DNA of 64,000 nt from Phallusia mammillata (lineage: Eukaryota), in assembly GCA_965637545.1 (NCBI GenBank), contig OZ281495.1, positions 24,056,001 through 24,120,000 on the forward strand. Reading direction: 5' to 3'. The translations under genes and the position numbers were made by a program. Positions 61,721 to 64,000 of the stretch are shown here, in pieces (the first letter of the stretch is position 1; every line of letters begins with the position of its first letter). The notes beneath the pieces are model-generated. The model made no database searches. It was given only the letters and a program-made list of their open reading frames with translations, and was not told the DNA's origin.

Positions 61721-64000
61721 ATGGAAAACAACGTGACATCAAAAGATGAAGGAAAGAAGAATAAGAAGTGCAATAAATCGCTTCTGCAAAGATACAGAGA
61801 AGCTACGTATGAGGAGATTTTTAACAAAGTGTTGGTCCCAATATTGTGTGAATTCTGTGCCACGTTGCTACACACTTTCTACGGTTCTATGATCTCGCCA
61901 CCAACATCACCAATTGTACACGCTTCAATAAACAGGTATGATATTAATTAATAAAGGCGTATGACGTGTGTTTGTGCAAAGCGTGTTTTGTTTTTCGTAA
62001 ATTGCCATCGGGCTGCAATCTTGTTTTCTTTTGCAGAACAATACTACCTGGAGAAAATGCAGCAGATTACGTTGTTAGTGCCCTAATGCCCGCCTTGCAA
62101 GCTGGTTTTGCTGTATGGATGATCATTGTTGTCTTCATCAAAATCACGTAAGTTATGTCTTTATTGCGCGTAATTCGATTTACATTGACACTACAGGTTT
62201 TTTGACCATATTTCTACAGAGTGATTCAATTCAACCCGGTAATGTCGTTTTCGTTCATGTTAGTGGGTCTGCTCTCGCCATATATGTTCATACCGTACGT
62301 GATTGCACAACTTTTTGGATCAGCTACCGGAGCGTGGATTGCTCAGGTCTGTCCGACAGTAGGCTACACTTAGGCTAAGTTATAAATGTGTCTATTAGTA
62401 TATCCGTTTTGTTTAGTAATAAAAGCTTTCTGTAGCTTTTTAGTTGACAGCTTTTCGTTAAACAAACGAAATATTTTGATTAATTGAACGCATTTCGCGC
62501 AGTCAATCAAGGGAGATGAGCCCGGACCATTTCGAATTGCAGAAGGCCTGAACGTTGGTGCAGTGGTTGGTGCCGAAGTAATGAGCACTGGTGTAATGGT
62601 GTTTTTCGGTCTAGCTATGACATTTGACAAAAAATATGATCAGGCAACAGGTCCAATGGCAATCGGCTTTACTATATTTCAAGGAATACTGGCAGGGTAA
62701 GCGCAACGTCGTTTTTTCGGTAAATCTGTGCGCGTTTGTAAAAGTTGTAACATGTTAGCCAAGTTTATGAACGAGTGTGGCATACGCCATGCTTTTTTAA
62801 ATGTTTAAATAGCGTTACGGGAGAGCTTTAATTTAAACCTGTTGCAAAGTCAACAACGCATGGCAATCACCATAGTGATACTTAGTTCGAGTTACGAATC
62901 AACAACGGCGGACCAAAACCCCTATAGCCTACAACAAGTCTTCGTAAAAAAATGACTGCTGACTACAGCTGATATTAAGGCTGTACTGACCCTGGGGTTA
63001 GACAATTCCTACAAGGCTAAAACCGAATACTGCTTGCTTTCGTTATTTTAAATAACATGAACAAAAAACATTTTTGGCATTTTTTGCTACAACATAACAT
63101 ATGTTATAAATAAGCTATTACTGCCAGCCATAATGTTTTTACAAACGGATGGCTCTTTCAGCAGTTTTATTATAATAAGCCGACGTTAAGACGTCCCAAA
63201 CAAGACATCATCAGGGTATTGACATAAATTACAACACTGTGCTTTATATCGCCTTTATTTCGTAATGATAACTTTGTGTTGTAAGTTATGTCATTACCCT
63301 GATGAAGGTAGTCTCGTATGGGACGTCGAAACGTCGGCTTGTTTTGGTAAAAGCTACTGGAAAAGACACCTATTTGTTAATAACATGTTATGTTTCGGAA
63401 AAAAATAACTCGGTGTTAAATTGTCTTTGAAACCAAGTGTAGCTGCACAAATAAACTCAGCTATCGCACTTAGGGCGGATTAAAGTTATTTGGGCGCCTG
63501 GCTTAAACTTGGGAAAAGATCCCATGCACTCACTTTCATTTGTACAAACAATGGGGCAAAAAACTTGGGGATTGCCATCCTTGGTGATGTAGGGCCCTCC
63601 TTGTAACCCAGTCAGCATCCCCATTTATCCACCACTACCAGGGCCTAAATGCTATTTTATTGTGTGCAGGAGATGGGTAGGTTCCAGTTGCTTTAACCCA
63701 TCACGAGCATTTGGACCATCACTTGTGATTGGAGACTGGAAGCATCACTGGGTGTGGTGGGTTGGACCCGGAGCTGGTTCCCTGATTTTTACAATAGTGT
63801 ACATGTAAGTTATAATAGCAGGTCTTAACAGAGTAACTTAGCCTACATGTAAAATGCAATAAGTTTATTACGTTTAGCGACAGCTTCGCCTATAAGTAGT
63901 TTTAACACAAAGACAAATTTAAATTAGACGAGCATTTTCTTTTGCGTAGGACATTTTTTGCACCAGAGGGAAAAGCCTGGGGCGTTCGTATTCCAAACAA
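61721..64000 (+). CDS. AQP8: Aquaporin-8-like MIP channel, 3' end outside the window. Exons 61721-61935, 62037-62147, 62220-62346, 62503-62696, 63670-63804, 63950->64000.
   Basis: Phase-consistent splicing gives ILCEFCATLL, PALQAGFAV, QFNPV, PYVIAQLFG, GAEV, PMAIGF...GILAG and CFNPSRAFGP..W..HWVWWVGP. The PAL-x-x-G and (G/S)C(M/F)NP features are AQP8-like. Confidence 0.88.
63080..63405. mobile_element. Long imperfect inverted repeat resembling Penelope-like element termini, in aquaporin intron 4
   Basis: Arm 63179-63237 is the reverse complement of 63276-63338, with weaker similarity continuing to about 63080 and 63405. Both arms carry CCCTGATGA...GGGACGTC(GAAA/TTAA)CGTCGGC. Confidence 0.65.
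63297..63337 (+). ncRNA. Minimal type I hammerhead-ribozyme-like motif, probably degenerate
   Basis: CUGAUGA (63299-63305), hairpin GUCUC-guau-GGGAC, GAAA (63328-63331), then C-GUC. Stem I is only 2 bp and the stem II base is imperfect. Confidence 0.4.
63471..63637. mobile_element. Possible decayed MITE
   Basis: Weak inverted ends TAGGGCGGAT / ATCCACCACTA; no TSD found. Confidence 0.25.

Noticed and set aside
1-64000. Non-canonical (GC-AG, AT-AC) introns or recoding signals
   Set aside because: Every intron I resolved is GT-AG, and no in-frame stop or frameshift was needed in any gene model.

Overview
AT-rich eukaryotic DNA with compact genes and many 60-100 nt GT-AG introns. The style suggests an invertebrate chordate, possibly an ascidian; the species cannot be determined from the sequence. 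There are no prokaryotic-type systems, CRISPR arrays, rRNA or complete tRNA. I hand-spliced eight protein-coding genes and checked exon phases: WSB1-like (minus, 3' end not found), a beta-1,4-galactosyltransferase (GT7) family gene (+), a SAM-RA-RA-coiled coil-PDZ-coiled coil scaffold (minus), a 370-aa disordered orphan (+), Musashi (+, 12 exons), a 1468-aa secreted mosaic protein (2xSEA, RGD hinge, 2xCCP, 17 short TSRs, VWA; +), TMX2 (minus) and an AQP8-like aquaporin (+, cut by the window end). Several non-autonomous transposons are present: hAT MITEs with perfect TSDs, a pogo-like MITE, a Helentron-like element with a 157-bp tandem array, and a Penelope-like inverted repeat with a hammerhead-type core. 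The strongest leads are: (1) the aquaporin has both NPA motifs altered (NPV/NPS) and an A/I/S/R filter resembling plant NIP5;1 boric-acid channels; (2) the mosaic ECM protein has 4-cysteine TSRs and a furin-type site where SEA domains normally self-cleave; (3) Musashi-binding UAG elements lie in Musashi's own 5'UTR, in an intronic hairpin loop and in the 3' region; (4) the unusual tandem-RA/SAM/PDZ scaffold may be head-to-head with an orphan carrying a di-Cys, a phospho-FFAT-like motif and a DDVF motif. All functional claims are inferences from motifs, and novelty could not be tested without database searches.
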